From Octopus sinensis (taxonomy: Eukaryota): 9,975 nt of DNA. The stretch covers positions 1 to 9,975 of the forward strand of contig NW_021827637.1 in assembly GCF_006345805.1 (NCBI RefSeq), given 5' to 3'. The position numbers were made by a program, and so were the translations under genes. Positions 7,428 through 9,975 of the stretch are shown one piece after another. The notes under the pieces were generated by a model. That model saw only the letters and a program-made list of their open reading frames with translations, was not told the DNA's origin and did no database searches. How positions within the stretch are numbered: position 1 is the first letter of the stretch; every line of letters begins with the position of its first letter.

Positions 7428-7455
7428 CCGTACCCACACACACACACACACACAC
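7381..7455. repeat. (CA)n microsatellite, interrupted
   Basis: Directly visible. Confidence 0.96.
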
Positions 7456-7526
7456 CCTCTTATCTGTTGGTGCTCATGTATCGTACGTCTCTGTCTCTAT
7501 CACTTTCTCTATGTATAGCCATTTTT

Positions 7527-7563
7527 ATGTGTGTATATATATATATATGTATATATGTATGTA

Positions 7564-7617
<54 letters not shown>

Positions 7618-7629
7618 TATATGTATGTA

Positions 7630-7693
<64 letters not shown>

Positions 7694-7712
7694 TATATGC
7701 ATGTATATATGC

Positions 7713-7747
<35 letters not shown>

Positions 7748-7866
7748 AGCTTCTATGAATGTATAATACATATATATATGTATATGAATACATACATATA
7801 TATACATACATGTGTGTGTGTACATACATACATCAATATGTATATATATATATATATATATTATAT
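7527..7866. repeat. (TA)n microsatellite with 12-bp GTATATATGTAT subunits in three higher-order blocks
   Basis: Blocks begin at ~7548, ~7603 and ~7679; source of the YI/VY-repeat ORFs. Confidence 0.95.
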
Positions 7867-8115
7867 GAATGTACGTATTTATGCATGTATGTATATTCAT
7901 ACTTATACATATATGCACATTCATACAATAGAACACATAAATACGCGTGCACATACATTGCCCACCCACACAGACACACACATATACACACGCACATTTT
8001 GACACCAATCTACGGTCAGATCACGTCCTCTTGTGTGTTCCACTCACAGAACTCCAATACTAAGAGAGCTGATCAGATGAACTGGTCAGACCCTGAATCA
8101 ATGCTTCAGATCAGA

Positions 8116-8130
8116 AATAATAATAATGAT

Positions 8131-8219
<89 letters not shown>

Positions 8220-8258
8220 GTTATAATAATAATAATAATAATGATGGTGATGATAATG

Positions 8259-8322
<64 letters not shown>

Positions 8323-8329
8323 TGATGAT
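8116..8329. repeat. Compound (AAT)n-(TAC)n-(AAT)n-(GAT)n microsatellite
   Basis: Directly visible; source of the poly-Thr/Asn/Tyr/Ile/Ser ORFs. Confidence 0.97.
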
Positions 8330-8645
8330 GCTGATCAGATAATTAGCTGTAGTAATTGTAGAGAATGGTAAGAATGCGTAGAATCTTTTGTCCTTCACCG
8401 TTAAGAAAAGTCATGGACCGACATCGAAAATTAATGAGAAAGAAATACGTGATCAAAATCTAATTGATGATTGCGGAAACATCTATTAGTTATGGAGGCT
8501 AATACTGCGATAAATATTTGGAAACTGATTACGAAAGAGGATGACAAATTAGGCGGATAAACAAATATTCAGCGAGTAAGAATGAGTTTATTTATTCCGG
8601 GCTTAATAATGATACAATGTAATAAGGAGACGCGTTGGCAGAGTT

Positions 8646-8825
8646 CGTAGGAGTGGCTGCGTGGTAAGTAGCGTGTTTACCAGCCACATGGTTCCGGGTT
8701 CAGTCCCACTGAATGGCACCTTGGGCAAGTGTCTTCTGCTATGGCCCCGAGCCGACCAAAGCCTTGTGAGTTGATTTGGTAGACGGAAACTGAAAGAAGC
8801 CCGTCGTATATATATATATATATAA
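8646..8825 (+). mobile_element. SINE-B 5' half ending in (TA)n
   Basis: A-box-like TGGCTGCGTGG, B-box-like GGGTTCAGTCCC, CORE-like GGCACCTTGGGCAAGTG; reverse complement of 5110-5284. Confidence 0.92.
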
Positions 8826-9072
8826 GTAGATAAATGAATTATCTTATTACGGATAATTCAAATGATAACCGATACGTGAGCGTTTGTCGAAAAGCTTGTG
8901 CATTTTGTTGGAGAATTAAGTTCCTGGATTTTCCTGAAGAGAAAGCTGCAAAATGGACTCCTTATTCAATCCGAATTAGGGACTTTGCAGCCTTCGAAAC
9001 ATATGTAGAAAAATAATATAAAGGAATTTTGTTTAAATCTTCGTACAGCTCCCATTTTCTTCCTACCACTTG

Positions 9073-9240
9073 ATATATATATATAATTATATATATCTAT
9101 ATATATATTATATATTATATATATATATATATATATGTATCTTATATTATATAACACACACACACACACACACACACCACACACAACACACACACATATA
9201 TATATATATATGTATATGTATATATGTGTGTGTGTGTGTG
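9073..9240. repeat. (TA)n-(CA)n-(TA)n-(TG)n compound microsatellite; 3' part self-complementary
   Basis: Directly visible; CA run (~9186-9196) and TG run (~9225-9240) flank a TA core. Confidence 0.95.
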
Positions 9241-9331
9241 TTTGTGTGTCTGTGTTTGTCCCCCCAATCCAGCATTGCTTGACAACCGATGCTGGTGGTT
9301 CGGCAAAAGAGACGATAGAATAAGTACTAGG
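9241..9331 (+). mobile_element. Probable SINE-B 3' portion, truncated
   Basis: TGTCTGTGTTTGTCCCCC...GCTTGACAACCGATGCTGG...CGGCAAAAGAGACGATAGAATAAGTACTAGG. Assignment as the downstream half of SINE-B rests on my recollection of the family, since there is no second copy in the window. GATAGAATAAGTAC resembles SINE-A GATAAATTAAGTAC. Confidence 0.6.
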
Positions 9332-9400
9332 CAGTGGGACTGAACCCGGAACCATGTGGTTGGTAAGCAAGCTACTTACCACACAGCCACTCCTACGCCT
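9331..9400 (-). mobile_element. SINE-B head fragment
   Basis: 9332-9397 is the reverse complement of 8646-8711 at 62/66. Confidence 0.92.
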
Positions 9401-9627
9401 ATCGATTCTTCTATTCTGACTTTCTCGTCAACGACCATTTAACTTAAACGTTAAGCTGGTCGTTTCATAACAGGAAACAAAATATCTAACTTATAGGAAC
9501 TGGTCTCTGTATATTGTATTCTTATCGGTTAGATAATGACCTGCAGGACACGATGCAATCCATGTTGCCTTCTCTTGTGGTCGCAGATCTAATTATTGTT
9601 GTTGTTAATGTTGTTGGGGGTTGTTGC

Positions 9628-9666
9628 GGTGATGGTGATGGTGATGGTGATGGTGATGGGGATGGT
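9628..9666. repeat. (GGTGAT)n hexanucleotide repeat
   Basis: Directly visible; gives GDGDGD in ORF 9514..9837. Confidence 0.94.
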
Positions 9667-9814
9667 AGTAGATTTGGTTGGTTGTGGTGGATGGCTGCGG
9701 TTGCTAAGGGCTCTTTGGCATTTCGTCAATCTCTCTCTCTCTTCTTTTCTTATCCGGAATTGGATAACCGACTGATGTACTTTTCGTTTCGCCCTTTAAG
9801 GGAACGTTTCCACG

Positions 9815-9857
9815 TCTTACGTCTTCCTGGTATTTGATGAGAAAATGAAGAAGTCAG
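9815..9857 (-). other. Candidate branch point/polypyrimidine tract/acceptor, 6-nt microexon (9821-9826) and donor
   Basis: Minus strand reads CTGAC-TTCTTCATTTTCTCATCAAATACCAG|GAAGAC|GTAAGA; branch A 28 nt from the intron end. Motif evidence only. Confidence 0.2.
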
Positions 9858-9875
9858 AAAAGACGAAAGGGTTAC

Positions 9876-9910
9876 AGTAGTAGTAGCAGTAGGAGGAGGA
9901 GGAGGAGGAG
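9876..9910. repeat. (AGT)n-(AGG)n microsatellite
   Basis: Directly visible. Confidence 0.93.
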
Positions 9911-9975
9911 AATGCAGATTTGTTGCTATCCATCCTTGTGTGTATGAGTGTGTCTGTGGTTTTTGTGCTGTGTAG

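Noticed and set aside
912-9323. Long low-complexity ORFs (poly-I, poly-L, YI/VY, poly-T/N/Y, TH/CV) in the ORF track
   Set aside because: Translations of microsatellites that lack stop codons in several frames; no coding signal.
9430-9464. Hairpin AACGACCA...TGGTCGTT with inner TTAAC/GTTAA
   Set aside because: Short, single copy, and too small for a pre-miRNA; no other support.
9514-9837. 107-aa ORF with a hydrophobic stretch and GD repeats
   Set aside because: TTG start; the notable segments come from (GTT)n and (GGTGAT)n repeats; no recognisable domain.

Overview
Non-coding, AT-rich, repeat-saturated animal DNA, probably intronic or intergenic. The repeat content resembles what I recall of Octopus (cephalopod) genomes; this is an inference, not a database result. 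No protein-coding gene, RNA gene or CRISPR array is supported, and nearly all listed ORFs are translations of microsatellites or SINEs. The window holds about a dozen copies of three tRNA-derived SINE-like families (my working labels SINE-A, SINE-B, SINE-C), a duplicated ~540-bp element and a candidate LINE 3' end nested in (ATT)n tracts, and about 2.5 kb of compound microsatellite. Main signal: two unrelated SINE families each occur as a trimer enclosed by a single target-site duplication (TSD). Both have a ~184-bp period and both restart at a GTATTTC motif. In SINE-A the restart lies in the loop of a head hairpin and creates a palindromic junction. This suggests multimers retrotranspose as units, through circular RNA/rolling reverse transcription, template jumping, or multimeric master copies. 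Secondary signals: a 40/41-nt inverted repeat 3.2 kb apart, tail swapping between subfamilies, inverted SINE pairs (possible ADAR substrates), and a candidate 6-nt minus-strand microexon.
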